NCBI GenBank assembly: GCA_010909165.1
Contig: VJWM01000151.1
Location: 186,001-250,000 of the forward strand
DNA length: 64,000 nt
Origin: Anthoceros angustus
Lineage: Eukaryota > Plantae > Anthocerotophyta
Direction of reading: 5' to 3'
The notes beneath the pieces are model-generated. The model was not told the origin of the DNA and did no database searches. It saw only the letters and a list, made by a program, of their open reading frames with translations. Shown piece after piece: positions 1 to 13,350 of the stretch (positions are counted from its first letter, which is position 1; each line of letters starts with the position of its first letter). Made by a program: the position numbers and the translations under genes.

Positions 1-1250
1 CTACTATCTATTGAAAGCGTATTAGAACAAGATGGGCACGATTTGAGTATTAAACATGTGAAAACTATCTTTTTGCTTGCTTTCTTACATATTAGATTGC
101 TTTGCAAATGCACAACAAAATAAGTAGTTTAAAATAGTGCTCTATCTTTCTATAATGTCCTAACACTAGATCTGAAGCAAGCTGATTGAAATCTCAAGAC
201 ATCAATGATCAATCCTCATCAATCAATTGTGTAACACTTGTGTGGTGTGACATGTGGTTAAAACTCATGACCATTGCCATCAAATCTTTTCACCATTTCG
301 ATTGATTAATTTCTAGGTAAATGCAATAATTAAATAGGTTTCAATTATAGTATTGAAAGACTCTAATTCCAAAACAAGTATAGGTTGATCTTTTGTAATC
401 ATCCATTCTTGGGTGAGTTGATGGAAATTCCCACATTGTGCTTTTACTTGCCTTCCCGCTTGGCGTGGAACTCTTCCGCCATTCTTTACCATCCATAGAT
501 TAGCCATGTGGCAACATTTTATGTTTTCCAATGCTTCAAGAAGCATATTGTAATTTCTATATGTTTTTATAAAGAATTTTTGCCTCTTTACATTATTATG
601 ACATATCAATAAAGAATTTTCCGCTCTCTAAGTAATACTTAAGCAAATTTCTAAATAAAGTCAAGAAAGCAAATCACCTATGTTTCTTTTTGGTTGAAAT
701 TTTCTATCCATTAGAAGCTATTTTATCAAGAAACAACATAAAAATGTCATGCACATCTACATATGCAATAATAAAAATGATCACTTTCCTCCTCATCAAC
801 AACTACATACCATTACGAAATATGGAAATGGTGTAGACCAATTACATTATAATTACATTATAATAAATATGTTCATAAGAATGAATGATGAATACTACTT
901 TCTAACTTTGAAAGACATAACTCTTCATAAGCTAACCTTTGAAAAGATATTGATAATCTATATACACACCACATATATCTAGGTAATATCGACCTAATGA
1001 GTCAACACCTATTATTAATAGTTTAGGTACTTGAAATAAATGAAAGTAAAATCTTGCTTGGTAGGCCTCGTTGCATTCACACACAAATTAGCAATACTTT
1101 CATCATTCGCGGTACACTTGAAGATAACCTTGAGTTATTCATGGAGTGTGCAACGCAAAAGTTTGGGTCCCTTTGTCATTTTGATCCGATTCGGTTCATT
1201 TTGGTTCAATCTTTATTCAAAGTGATCGGTGAGTAAGTGAGTGTTTCTTC
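1..1250 (-). pseudogene. Decayed F-box gene paralogue (copy A)
   Basis: Collinear with 6540-7770: e.g. 'cacctatgtttctttttggttgaa' and 'aataataaaaatgatcactttcctcctcatcaacaacta' occur in both. Below 1020 it is AT-enriched and CpG-depleted; 1020-1250 is near-identical to 7537-7770 and encodes the F-box start LPSKILLSF. Confidence 0.5.
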
Positions 1251-3230
1251 TTGAGCCATCCAGAAAGTTAGGGACAAGGGTAGGAATTTGGAAGTTTCTC
1301 AAGCCTAGATAGATGAGCGGGTAGGGTAGAATCTTGCCCCATAGACTATATGTGCAAAGGGAATTAGTGATTGATTTGGAACCCCTAGTTTAAGTAGCAT
1401 AAAATAGGAATGTATGTTTCGGAGCGTGCTTAAAGGCGGCCGCTTGGAAGTTCTGGGCACATAGTTGGAAGGAGCTAGGAGCTGCAAGGAGTGTCTTTGG
1501 AAGTAGCACGGGCTAATTGTAAGGCATGCAAGTTGGAAGAGGGCGGCGTTGTCGTGGGTGTGCGAGGCAAGAGCTCAACTTTTGGAGCTAAGGTGTGGAG
1601 AAGCCAAGATAGAGTCATCACGGAAGTTGGGATTTTGGGAGAAATTTGTGCCTTGTGAGCCGTGAGGCCATGAACTGGAGCTTGTGATTAGTGGAACTTA
1701 GGAGGTGATGACCTTGCAATGTGAGAAGTGGAGTCTGGTTGTGGGCTACGAAGGGTGTGAATTGTGAAGAAGGCAAGCCTTTGCCTTTTGCTCGCACAAC
1801 CAAGCTGGCGGAATTGACATGATTACGAGGTGTGGTCTGCAAATGCTAGGAGGGGCCTAGGTCTTGTTTGGCAAGCACGCTTATGTGAGCTTTGGGGATC
1901 CGGCAACATGGTGAAGGAATCGCGATGGGGATTCACTTGAGGAAGGCGAAATTTGTATTTGGGCTGCAAGCAAATGTGAAAGGGGCCATCGTGGTGGCCG
2001 CTCGAGAATTGGGCAGCGAGGTCAAGCAAGGGAGATTTGGCGGAGTTCACTAAGGAGAAATGTTGCTAAGGAGGTTGGTGAGGAGCTCGCTAGGGAACAG
2101 TACCATATATTCAAGGTGTGTGATGTGCTCGAGGGAGCTTGGGTGTGTTGGACATGAGCATGTAAGAACTCGAATTGAGATCCTTGGGGTAGGATGTTGT
2201 TCCCTACCCATGTTGAAGAGCATAGGGGCCATGCTCGGCTTGGAGGAACGTTCTCTTAGGGAGATGTGCCCTTAGGGAGATGTGGTCTCCCTATCCTTTG
2301 ACACGCATCAGCTCGATAAATTTCCATGTCCCTTTGCATAGTGGACCACCAAAAGCCGATCAAAATCTTCTTCGATCCACTTGCGAATAATGTCCCCGCC
2401 TCCTTAGTATGTAGAGGGCCTCCGCCACCGCAATTTGTTCGCCTCCAAACACCTTGAACTACTTTGTCTAGTCCTAGCTTATAGAGGATTCCTTTCCTCG
2501 ACAATATGGTGCGCCTTATGCACGAATCTGACTTTTCCTTCTCGTGATAATCCGGTTGGTATCCGTCCCTAGTTGCGCCCCATCTCGATGTGCGCCACGT
2601 GTCCTCCTCGATGATCCGATCATCAAATCTCATCTTCTATATACGGATAAGCGACATGTATATATAGCCCTCTGCGTGACATTCGAGAAATTGAACCCCC
2701 TCCCGCCCCGAATTCCAAGGAAGTTATCCTCCTTGGCTCATGAAATGCATGGCTCTATCTCATATCCTTTTTCTACCATGGTCTCGACAAGGAACTTTCT
2801 ACGAAACCCCAAAGGCCAAGGACTTCCTACCCGCTTGGATATTTATAGTGAAGTCCAAGGAACTTTGTTTCTCGGATGTCATAATAGACCCCTAATTCCC
2901 CTATATATGTATCAAATGGGTTTTCTAACATATCCTACTCTCGCCTCCTTTCTACCCGTTAACGCCTAAGTCTAGGACATCCTCCTGGGTTCTCTCAATT
3001 AACCAAGTCCGGACCACCTACGGACGTCCTACAGGACTTACCTACTATCTACCTTCCGCCTCGAAACTCGATTACGCTAGCTCGGACGCCTACAAATCCC
3101 CTACTTCCTACGAATTGTAGTCATCCTCCCTTCATCCATCTGCAAAAACTTCCCTACGGAACCCGCCTTGGTCCCCAAATTGTCTCGTGTTTTGCCAAAA
3201 CTTAGGCTAAACTTTTCCGTTCCACAAACT
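1250..3230 (-). mobile_element. Degenerate Ty3/gypsy integrase fragment (copy 1)
   Basis: Frameshifted minus-strand peptides KGILYKLGLDKV..LHTKEAG..KKILI.FWW.TMQRD..CDACQRIGRP match the integrase HHCC zinc-binding region, followed by decayed core. Ends are approximate; the sequence differs from the 16-33 kb element. Confidence 0.75.
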
Positions 3231-3311
3231 TTTAAAAGCTTGTTTGAAAAGTTTGACAAAGTGCTTCTTTGTCCTCTTGATGAGTAGAATCAAGTTATAT
3301 CTTTTACAGTT

Positions 3312-4670
3312 ATGATGACCTTAAACAATTCCAATCACTTGGAGATACAAGTCACAATAACTTGTTCTGCAACTAATTTAAAAGAGAAGGCCAAAATTGC
3401 TCAAAATCATCTCACAAGAACTCTTCTATCTACTGTACAGATATATGCGTTAGGTCATGCTGTAAAAGATGCACAGACTTTGGTCAAGAGGATCATTGAA
3501 ACAAATTTTTTGCAATTGCAAGTAGACTTTAAATTGATTCCTTTCACGACGAAATCGTCCTACAATTAAAAAGTAACCACTATATATTGGGAAGTCCTTC
3601 AAAATGTCGCTATATTTTCAAACTAGATCCCTTGTGGAGCAACAAAATTAGTGCCATACTTCCAAAACATCTTGGAATTGAGTGTGGCGACTTCCTTGTT
3701 GACGAAGACATTCTTAGTACAAAAGACAATTATGAGGAATTTTTCTAAGTGATGAAGAAGAAGAAGAAGATTATGTAGAAGAAGAAGAAGAAGAAGATTA
3801 TGTAGAAGAAGAAGAAGAAGAAGATTATGTAGAAGAAGAAGAAGAAGATTATGTAGAAGAAGAAGAAGAAGAAGAAGAAGAAGAAGAAGATTAAGAAGAA
3901 GAAGAAGATTATGTAGAAGAAGAAGAAGATTATGTAGAAAATGAGGAAGAGGAAAATGAGTATGAGCATAATAGTTCAATGACAAAGAAAGCAAATATGA
4001 GCAAGACATTCATCTTGATGTGGAAGACATGAAAAAATCGTCCAGGTCCAAGGTATGAAGAAATTGAATGTAGCAACTCCTTCACTAATGACGAAGATAT
4101 TCTTGGTGAGGATGAAGATGATGATGAGGGAATATTTCTAAGCGAGAGGAAGAAGATTATGCAAAAATATTTTTGCTGAAGAGGGAATAACTATAAGGAA
4201 AATGATGAAGAAAAGAATATAAAGAAGATGAAGAAGGAAACTACTACAAGGAAAATGAAGAAGAAATCGATTATAACGACAAGCATATTTTTAGTGAAGA
4301 ACACTAATATGAGCAATACATTTTACTCAAGACGAATATGAGGAGGACATTTCTACTCAAGAGGTAAACCAATATGCCGAGGACATTTCTACGCATCTTC
4401 GTCTAGGTACATTTTTATGAAGAAAAAATGAATATGAGAACGAAGAATTTCTCTTAGAAGAAGTAAACCAATATGAGGAGAACTTAGATATTTTTATAGA
4501 GCAAGAAAATGAATATGAGAAAGATATTTTTATTGAAGAGGAAAACAAATATGAAGAAGACGTCCTTAAGACATTCACTCAAGACATTCTTACTCCACAA
4601 GAAGATGAATATGAGGAACTATGGAATGCCATTTGCAACACGCCATATCTTTTTCACGTGAGGCGTAAGT
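3312..4670 (+). pseudogene. Acidic low-complexity gene with putative Alba-like N-terminal domain (derived copy, frameshifted)
   Basis: ORF 3312-3569 (LEIQVT..IQIYALGHAVKDAQTLVKRII) is homologous to 39758-41171 and continues into an E/D/Y-rich tail ending ELWNAIC. Confidence 0.6.
3752..3955 (+). repeat. Compound minisatellite (GAA)n-GATTATGTA
   Basis: Repeated gaagaagaa..gattatgta units encoding En-DYV; sister array at 13580-13810. Confidence 0.95.
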
Positions 4671-4689
4671 GGCGTGCTTCTCCATGCGG

Positions 4690-5220
4690 TCAAGCAAGGT
4701 CAATTAGGGCTCATCTCATCATGTACCTCGTCCGTGGTGATCAAGTCTCTGAAACTAAGTGTGACAACATGAAGTGCACTCTTCATTTTTTCGCTTTCAA
4801 ATGTATGGCACATTGGTGAGGACTTTGATAAATTTTATCAAGTCTGCGCTCAAGCCTTTCACGGTCACATACATGGTGTGGGGCTTCCTAGCTCTTGGAC
4901 TTCACAGCTTTCTTTCCACAACATGTGTCCATTGCTCTCCAGGCTCGAGGCATCCTTAGGACAATGATAATAGGTGATCATGGTGACACCTCGATTGGTC
5001 CAGTGATCCTGTGGCACACCGTTTTCATCGTGAATCGAGCCACCAAAGCGTGCTCACATCCTCTAAAACCTACTTAGTCATGATATTGCGGGAGCCATAG
5101 ATTTTAGATTGAGCTTAGTTGCTTCCACTCGGACCCTTGAGGTCCCTAGCTAGTGTTAGCCTTTGAAAGGTAGATGGGCTTACCCCATCTCTTCTCCTTT
5201 AATAAAAGCCCTTTTATTTT
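4690..5220 (+). mobile_element. 5'-truncated non-LTR retrotransposon fragment (CRE/R2-like REL endonuclease 3' end)
   Basis: Flanked by a 13-bp direct repeat cttctccatgcgg (4677-4689 and 5221-5233). Encodes remnants RSIRAHL, MYGTL.(E)DFDKFIK and QHVSIALQ.R.ILR. Confidence 0.65.
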
Positions 5221-5655
5221 CTTCTCCATGCGGCATGTATTATTTGTTACTTGCAAATATATTTTACTATATATATCAAATTTTATATTTTTGTATTTAA
5301 CTATTTAAGTTATAAAAATATAAAATACAAAGTATCGATACTCACCTATAGGTGTGGGCCTTGTAGCGTGTCTTCGACAATTAGGTGCTATGTACCAAGG
5401 GAAGAAGCTTCATACATGATGCCCATGTCTATGGCGTGAAGGATGTGGTGGACATGTGGTGATTGTAGGATATGGTCGTGAGGAAAGGTAAAGGCCCTAG
5501 ATCATCATGCAGCTAGGCAGCGGGCATCACTCCAATAGGACGTACATTGTCTGACCTCTTTAGATCAAGCGTTTGCCATGATGCGATTAGCTTCATGTAT
5601 AAATTTGCAAATTTAAAGGAGCTTGGGCGAGGATCGCTTGTTGGCAACTTTTGGT

Positions 5656-5660
5656 GCTAG
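5656..5660. other. Empty insertion site (single GCTAG) of the 16023-33043 retrotransposon
   Basis: ttttggt-gctag-atatgagtgcg here, versus ttttggt-gctag|TGTGG..element..|gctag-atatgagtgcg in unit 2. Confidence 0.9.
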
Positions 5661-6539
5661 ATATGAGTGCGAAATGAGGGACTTGCACGATGCAAGCTCA
5701 TGCCATCCCGAGGTCGCTCCATTCGTGAGCTCCACTCATATAGAGCAAGCACCTCAGCTGGCCAGCCCTTGTTGCCGGTGGGCATAGGCTATGCCATATC
5801 ACCACACTCTTTGTGTTCATGCTGAAAACGTGGCGTGCCTCAAAGTTTGAGTTCACCACATTTTGCATACCCCTACCCATACCAATAATCTCCATGTCAT
5901 CATATCATTTGTGCCATGCTATGAGAAACCTAACCGGCAAAATGACACGTAAGAACCTAATTTGACGTGCATTTTTAGTTGTCCATATTTTACCGCCACT
6001 CCGACTATGTTCCTACCTTGCACTCAAACTTTGTTCACTTTGTTGAGGCACTTTAGTTTTCATGCGTCGAAAAGGAAATAAAATAGTATTATATTATTTT
6101 TTATTTCTACAATTATTCAGCTATGGAATTCGAGCGTGAATCAATGTATGTAAAATTTAAAGTAAAAAAAAGGTAAAGATACATTCGTGAAAATCTGGAC
6201 AAAAATAGAGAGAACGTGGAGACTTTATAAATATGCAAGAGATAGGAAGTCCCCATCTACACCGGGTGATGGAACAACTCTCTGGGACCTCGGGCCAAAG
6301 GGACTAGCCCCCGTTGTCAACCTCGATTTAAGGGGACAAATAAGCAATGAAAGATACAACAAGATATAATTTCTTTCAGATTACATTGTCCGTGGACTAA
6401 AAAGATTTCTTTTCAAGAATCGCTATTTGATTTATCTATGTTGTAAGAATCGGTTTTGTATCTAAATTCTAGTATACTTATTTAGACTTTTGTCAAGTAG
6501 ATCATTTCTAGATGATGAACAAACATGAAAAATTTTGAA

Positions 6540-7620
6540 CACCCCAAAATGGAAGTTGGTCCTTCTAGGCTTCATGTCCTCATGGGGTTGACAATTTCAT
6601 CTTGAAACACAATTCTCCATCCATTGTAATTATATGCAGATAAGGTAATGTACACAACTCCTATCATCTTTTTGTCTTTTCGATTTCTTAACTGTACAAA
6701 AATGTAAATATATAAAGTCGCCAATTCCAAACACTTCCATTGACTAGGTGGAACAACGTGCAAATAGGCTTTGTATTGCAAAGTCCTCGTGATTAAACTT
6801 TCCCACTTGAGCGCTTGTTGGTTACGCTTGTAGATGGCGATAGAAAACTTCTTACCCCTTCTTTTACCATCCATACCATAAAAGTGTCCATTGTGGGCAA
6901 CAAATCCAATTTCCGTACTTCACCATATGGATGTAAATTTAAAGGCTCAAGAGGGTTTCCACTCATAAAGGTTTGCGGACTTGTAATTATCTCATTATCA
7001 AATGACAGCTCAAATAATACATCATAATTGTCGTCTACAACATGTGCAATCAAAGTAATATTAACTCGAATCTCGATAGCACAGCACTTACGATTACGAT
7101 GAACATGTCACCTATGTTTCTTTTTGGTTGAATTCTTGAACCGTCCATTGACCTATGGCTAAAGAATATACATATAAATGAAACATGTCACGTGAATCAT
7201 CGTCCAGCTCATGCGCTAGAAATAATAAAAATGATCACTTTCCTCCTCATCAACAACTAGCACTAGCTTCTCGAGTGGTGGAAGCCGGTCCCAAATATCC
7301 GAATCTAAATCTAAATGCGAATATGAATTTCATCCATATATAAGGTGTCGACATACTAGTTCAACTTTGAAATCGTATCCCATATCACTTCTCGCCTAAC
7401 CTTTGAAAAGATATTGATAATACAAATCCGCATCACCCAACTATTTGGATCCTTCGATGATTTTGTTTCCTTCATAATGTATTTACGACCATGCGACAAC
7501 GCTGCAAATATCCATCATTGTTGTCCATTAACTAGTTTAGGTACTCGGTGGAAATAAATGAAAGTAAAATCTTGCTTGGTAGGCCTCGTTGCATTGCGGC
7601 ACACAAATTAGCAATACTTT
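6540..7620 (-). pseudogene. F-box protein gene with beta-propeller-like C-terminal region (frameshifted as assembled)
   Basis: Minus-strand peptides LPSKILLSFI..YL..LQRCRMV (F-box LP..IL..I..L..L.RCR.V pattern), LDSDIWDRLPPL.LVVDEE, then ORFs 6793-7053 and 6572-6874. No introns evident. Confidence 0.55.
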
Positions 7621-7769
7621 CATCATTCGCGGTACACTTGAAGATAACCTTGAGTTATTCATGGAGTGACGCAAAAGTTTGGGTCCCTTTGTCATTTTGA
7701 TCCGATTCGGTTCATTTTGGTTCAATCTTTATTCAAAGTGATCGGTGGTAATGTGAGTGTTTCTTCTTG

Positions 7770-9765
7770 AGCCATCCAGAAAGTTAGGGACAAGGGTAGG
7801 AATTTGGAAGTTTCTCAAGCCTAGATAGATGAGCGGGTAGGGTAGAATCTTGCCCCATAGACTATATGTGCAAAGGGAATTAGTGATTGATTTGGAACCC
7901 TAGTTTAAGTAGCGATAAAATAGGAATGTATGTTTGGTGAGTGCTTAAAGGGGCTTGGAAGTTCTTGGGCACATAGTTGGAAGGAGCTAGGAGCTGCAAG
8001 GTGTGTCTTTGGAAGTAGCAGCTAATTGTAAGGCATGCAAGTTGGAAGAGGCGCGTTGTCGTGGGTGTGTGAGGCAAGAGCTCAACTTTTGGAGCTAAGG
8101 TGTGGAGAAGCCAAGATAGAGTCTTTATCACGGAAGTTGGGATTTTGGGAGAAATTTGTGCCTTGTGAGCTAAGCTGTGAGGCCATGAACTGGAGCTTGT
8201 GATTAGTGGAACTTAGGAGGTGATGACCTTGCAATGTGAGAAGTGGAGTCTTGGTTGTGGGCTACGAAGGGTGTGAATTGTGAAGAAGGCAAGCCTTTGC
8301 CTTTTTGCTTGCACAACCAAGCTGGTGGAATTGACATGATTACGAGGTGTGGTGCTGCAAATGCTAGGAGGAGGCCTAGGTCTTGTTTGGCAAGCACAGT
8401 TATGAGCTGAGCTTTGGGGATCTGGGCTGCAACATGGTGAAGGAATCGCAATGGGGATTCACTTGAGGAAGGCGAAATTTGTATTTGGGCTGCAAGCAAA
8501 TGTGAAAGGGGGCCATCGTGGTGGCCGCTCACGAGAATTGGGCAGCGAGGTCAATCAAGGGAGATTTGGCGGAGTTCACTAAGGAGAAATGTTGCTAAGG
8601 AGGTTGGTGAGGAGCTCGCTAGGGAACGCAGTACCATATATTCAAGGTGTGTGATGTGCTCGAGGGAGCTTGGGTGTGTTGGACATGAGCATGTAAGAAC
8701 TCCGAATTCAGATCCTTGGGGTAGGATGTTGTTCATGTTGAAGAGCATAGGGGCCATGCTCGGCTTGGAGGAACGTTCTCTTAGGAGATGTGCCCTTAGG
8801 GAGATGTGGTCTCCCTATCCTTTGACACGCATCACACTCGATAAATTTCCATGTCCCTTTGCATAGTGGACCACCAAAAGCTGCGGTCAAAATCTTCTTC
8901 GATCACTTGTGCAATAATGTCCCCGCCTCCTTAGTATGTAGAGGGCCTCCGCCACCACTGCAATTTGTTCGCCTCCAAACACCTTGAACTACTTTGTCTA
9001 GTCCTAGCTTATAGAGGATTCCTTTCCTCGACAATATGGTCGCCTTATGCACGAATCTGACTTTTCCTTCTCGTGATAATCCGGTTGGTATCCGGTCCCT
9101 AGTTGCGCCCCATCTCGATGTGCGCCACGTGTCCTCCTCGATGATCCCGATCATCAAATCTCATCTTCTATATACGATATAAGCGACATGTATATATAGC
9201 CCTCTGCGTGACATTCGAGAAATTGAACCCCCTCCCCTCCGCCCCAATTCCAAGGAAGTTATCCTCCTTGGCTCATGAAATGCATGGCTCTATCTCATAT
9301 CCTTTTTCTACCATGGTCTCGACAAGGAACTTTCTACCGAAACCCCAAAGGCCAAGGACTTCCTACACTTGGATATTTATAGTCAAGTCCAAGGAACTTT
9401 GTTTCTCGGATGTCATAATAGACCCCTAATTCCCCTATATATGCGTATCAAATGGGTTTTCTAACATATCCTACTCTCGCCTCCTTTCTACCGTTAGCGC
9501 TAAGTCTAGGACATCCCTGAGTTCTCTCAATTAACCAAGTCCCGGACCACCTACGGACGTCCTGAGCGACTTACCTACTATCTACCTTCGTCTCTCAAAC
9601 TCGATTACGCTGGCTCGGGCCTACAAATCCCCTACTTCCTACAGATTGTAGTCATCCTCCCTTCATCCATCGCAAAAACTTCCCTACGAACCTTCCTTGG
9701 TCCCCAAATTGTCTCGTGTTTTGCCAAAACTTAGCTGACCAAACTTTTCCGTTCCACAAACTTTT
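7770..9765 (-). mobile_element. Gypsy integrase fragment (copy 2)
   Basis: Near-identical to 1250-3230; ORFs 8903-9157 and 8708-8890 carry GILYKLGLDKV and CDACQRIG. Confidence 0.75.
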
Positions 9766-12700
9766 AAAAGCTTGTTTGAAAAGTTTGACAAAGTGCTTCT
9801 TTGTCCTCTTGATAAACCGTAGAATCAAGTTATATCTTTTCGATTATGATGACCTTAAACAATTCCAATCACTTGGAGATACAAGTCACAAGAACTTGTT
9901 CGCAACTAATTTAAAAGAGAAGGCCAAAATTGCTCAAAATCATCTCACAAGATCTCTTCTATCTATACGGATATGCGTTAGGTCATCTTTGTAAAGATGC
10001 ACGGACTTTGGTCAAGAGGATCATTGAAACAAATTTTTGCAATTGCAAGTAGACTTTAAATTGATGAAGGCAAGCCTTTGCCTTTTGCTCGCACAACCAA
10101 GCTGGCGGAATTGACATGATTACGAGGTGTGGTCTGCAAATGCTAGGAGGGGCCTAGGTCTTGTTTGGCAACTAGGTTAGTGAGCTTTGGGGATCCGGGC
10201 TGCAACATGGTGAAGGAATCGCGATGGGGATTCACTTGAGGAAGGCGAGTATTTGGGCTGCAAGCAAATGTGAAAGGGGCCATCGTGGTGGCGCTGAGAA
10301 TTGGGCAGCGAGGTCAATCAAGGAGATTTGGCGGAGGAGTTCACTAAGGAGAAATGTTGCTAAGGAGGTTGGTGAGGAGCTCGCTAGAGAGTACCATATA
10401 TTCAAGGTGTGTGATGTGCTCGAGGGAGCTTGGGTGTGTTGGACATGAGCAGAACTCTATTAAGCATCCTTGGGGTAGGATGTTGTTCCCTACCCATGTT
10501 GAAGAGCATAGGGGCCATGCTCGGCTTGGAGGAACGTTCTCTTAGGGAGATGTGCCCTTAGGGAGATGTGGTCTCCCTATCCTTTTCTTCACATGATATG
10601 GTCTTGCCTTAGTGGACACGAATACTTTTCCTTCTCGTGATAATCCGGTTGGTATCCGGTCCCTAGTTGCGCCCCATCTCGATGTGCGCCACGTGTCCTC
10701 CTCGATGATCCCGATCATCAAATCTCATCTTCTATATACAATTATAAGCGGGTATATATATAGCCCTCTGCGTGACATTGAAATTGAACCCCCTTCCCGC
10801 CCCAATTCCAAGGAAGTTATCCTCCTTGGCTCATAAATGCATGGCTCTATCTCATATCCTTTCTACCATGGTCTCGACAAGGAACTTTCTACCGAAACCC
10901 CAAAGGCCAAGGACTTCCTACCGCTTGGATATTTATAGTGAAGTCCAAGGAACTTTGTTTCTCGGATGTCATAATAGACCCTAATTCCCCTATATATGTA
11001 TCAAATGGGTTTTCTAACATATCCTACTCGCCTCCTTTCTACCGTTAACTAAGTCTAGGACATCCTCATGTTCTCTCAATTAACCAAGTCCCGGACCACC
11101 TACGGACGTCCTGAGCGACTTACCTACTATCTACCTTGCGTCTCGAAACTCGATTACGCTGGCTCGGACGCCTACAAATCCCCTACTTCCTACGAATTGT
11201 AGTCATCCTCCCTTCATCCATCGCAAAAACTTCCCTACTAGAACCTTGCTTGGTCCCCAAATTGTCTCGTGTTTTGCCAAAACTTAGACCAAACTTTTCC
11301 GTTCCACAAACTTTTAAAAGCTTGTTTGAAAAGTTTGACAAAGTGCTTCTTTGTCCTCTTGATAAACCGTAGAATCAAGTTATATCTTTTACGCTTATGA
11401 TGACCTTAAACAATTCCAATCACTTGGAGATACAAGTCACAAGAACTTGTTCGCAACTAATTTAAAGAGAAGGCCAAAATTGCTCAAAATCATCTCACAA
11501 GATCTCTTCTATCTATGATATGCGTTAGGTCATCTTGTAAAAGATGCAGACTTTGGTCAAGAGGATCATTGAAACAAATTTTTGCAATTGCAAGTAGACT
11601 TTAAATTGATGAAGAAGGCAAGCCTTTGCCTTTTGCTCGCACAACCAAGCTGGCGGAATTGACATGATTACGAGGTGTGGTCTGCAAATGCTAGGAGGGG
11701 CCTAGGTCTTGTTTGGCAAGCACGCTTATGAGCTGAGCTTTGGGGATCCGGCTGCAACATGGTGAAGGAATCGCGATGGGGATTCACTTGAGGAAGGCGA
11801 AATTTGTATTTGGGCTGCAAGCAAATGTGAAAGGGGCCATCGTGGTGGCCGCTCGAGGAGCAGCGAGGTCAATCAAGGGAGATTTGGCGGAGGAGTTCAC
11901 TAAGGAGAAATGTTGCTAAGGAGGTTGGTGAGGAGCTCGCTAGGGGCAGTACCATATATTCAAGGTGTGTGATGTGCTCGAGGGAGCTTGGGTGTGTTGG
12001 ACATGAGCATGTAAGAACTCCTAATTCAAGATCCTTGGGGTAGGATGTTGTTCCCTACCCATGTTGAAGAGCATAGGGGCCATGCTCGGCTTGAGGAACG
12101 TTCTCTTAGGGAGATGTGCCCTTAGGGAGATGTGGTCTCCTATCCTTTGACACGCATCACTCGATAAATTTCCATGTCCCTTTGCATAGTGGACCACCAA
12201 AAGCCGCAATAAAATCTTCTTGATACTTGTGCAGAATAATGTCCCCCGCCTCCTTAGTATGTAGAGGGCCTCCGCCACCACTGCAATTTGTTCGCCTCCA
12301 AACACCTTGAACTACTTTGTCTAGTCCTAGCTTATAGAGGATTCCTTTCCTCGAGACAATATGGTGCTGCCTTATGCACGAATACGACTTTTCCTTCTCG
12401 TGATAATCCGGTTGGTATCCGTCCCTAGTTGCGCCCCATCTCGATGTCGCCACGTGTCCTCCTCGATGATCCCGATCATCAAATCTCATCTTCTATATAT
12501 TATAACGACATGTATATATAGCCCTCTGCGTGACATTCGAGAAATTGAACCCCCCTCTCCCCCCTTTCCAAGGAAGTTATCCTCCTTGGCTCATGCATGG
12601 CTCTATCTCATATCCTTTTCTACCATGGTCTCGACAAGGAACTTTCTAAACCCCAAAGGCCAAGGACTTCCTACTTGGATATTTATAAGTCCAAGGAACT

Positions 12701-13350
12701 TTGTTTCTCGGATGTCATAATAGACCCTAATTCCCCTATATATGCGTATCAAATGGGTTTTCTAACATATCCTACTCTCGCCTCCTTTCTACCGTTAACG
12801 CCTAAGTCTAGGACATCCCATGTGTTCTCTCAATTAACCAAGTCCTGGACCACCTCGGACGTCCTGAGCGACTTACCTACTATCTACCTTGCGTCTCGAA
12901 ACTTATGCTCGGACGCCTACAAATCCCCTACTTCCTACGAATTGTAGTCATCCTCCCTTCATCCATCCGCAAAAACTTCCCTACCGTAACCTTCCGCCTT
13001 GGTCCCCAAATTGTCTCGTGTTTTGCCAAAACTTAGGTGACCAAACTTTTCCGTTCCACAAACTTTTAAAAGCTTGTTTGAAAAGTTTGACAAAGTGCTT
13101 CTTTGTCCTCTTGATAAACCGTAGAATCAAGTTATATCTTTTACAGTTATGATGACCTTAAACAATTCCAATCACTTGGAGATACAAGTCACAAGAACTT
13201 GTTCGCAACTAATTTAAAGAGAAGGCCAAAATTGCTCAAAATCATCTCACAAGATCTCTTCTATCTCATGCAGATATGCGTTAGGTCATCTTGTAAAAGA
13301 TGCACTTTGGTCAAGAGGATCATTGAAACAAATTTTTGCAATTGCAAGTA
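8280..13350. repeat. Tandem triplication of a ~1.77-kb segment (integrase relic + 5' end of acidic gene)
   Basis: Junctions 'gtagactttaaattg|atgaag(aa)ggcaagcc' at ~10062 and ~11607 join positions equivalent to ~3538 and ~1765. The middle copy has an internal deletion. Confidence 0.9.

Larger units (their letters stand above)
1020..7536. repeat. Segmental duplication unit 1 (~6.5 kb); unit 2 = 7537-16022 + 33044-34320
   Basis: 'gtttaggtact..aaataaatgaaagtaaaatcttgcttggtagg' at 1021 and 7536. Sequence is collinear through the acidic gene and REL fragment to 'ttggtgctag', then resumes after the retrotransposon at 33044. Confidence 0.9.

Noticed and set aside
3623-4009. Leu/Phe-rich minus-strand ORFs (also 13575-13946, 40304-40726) as membrane proteins
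   Set aside because: They are antisense shadows of GAA-rich acidic repeats.
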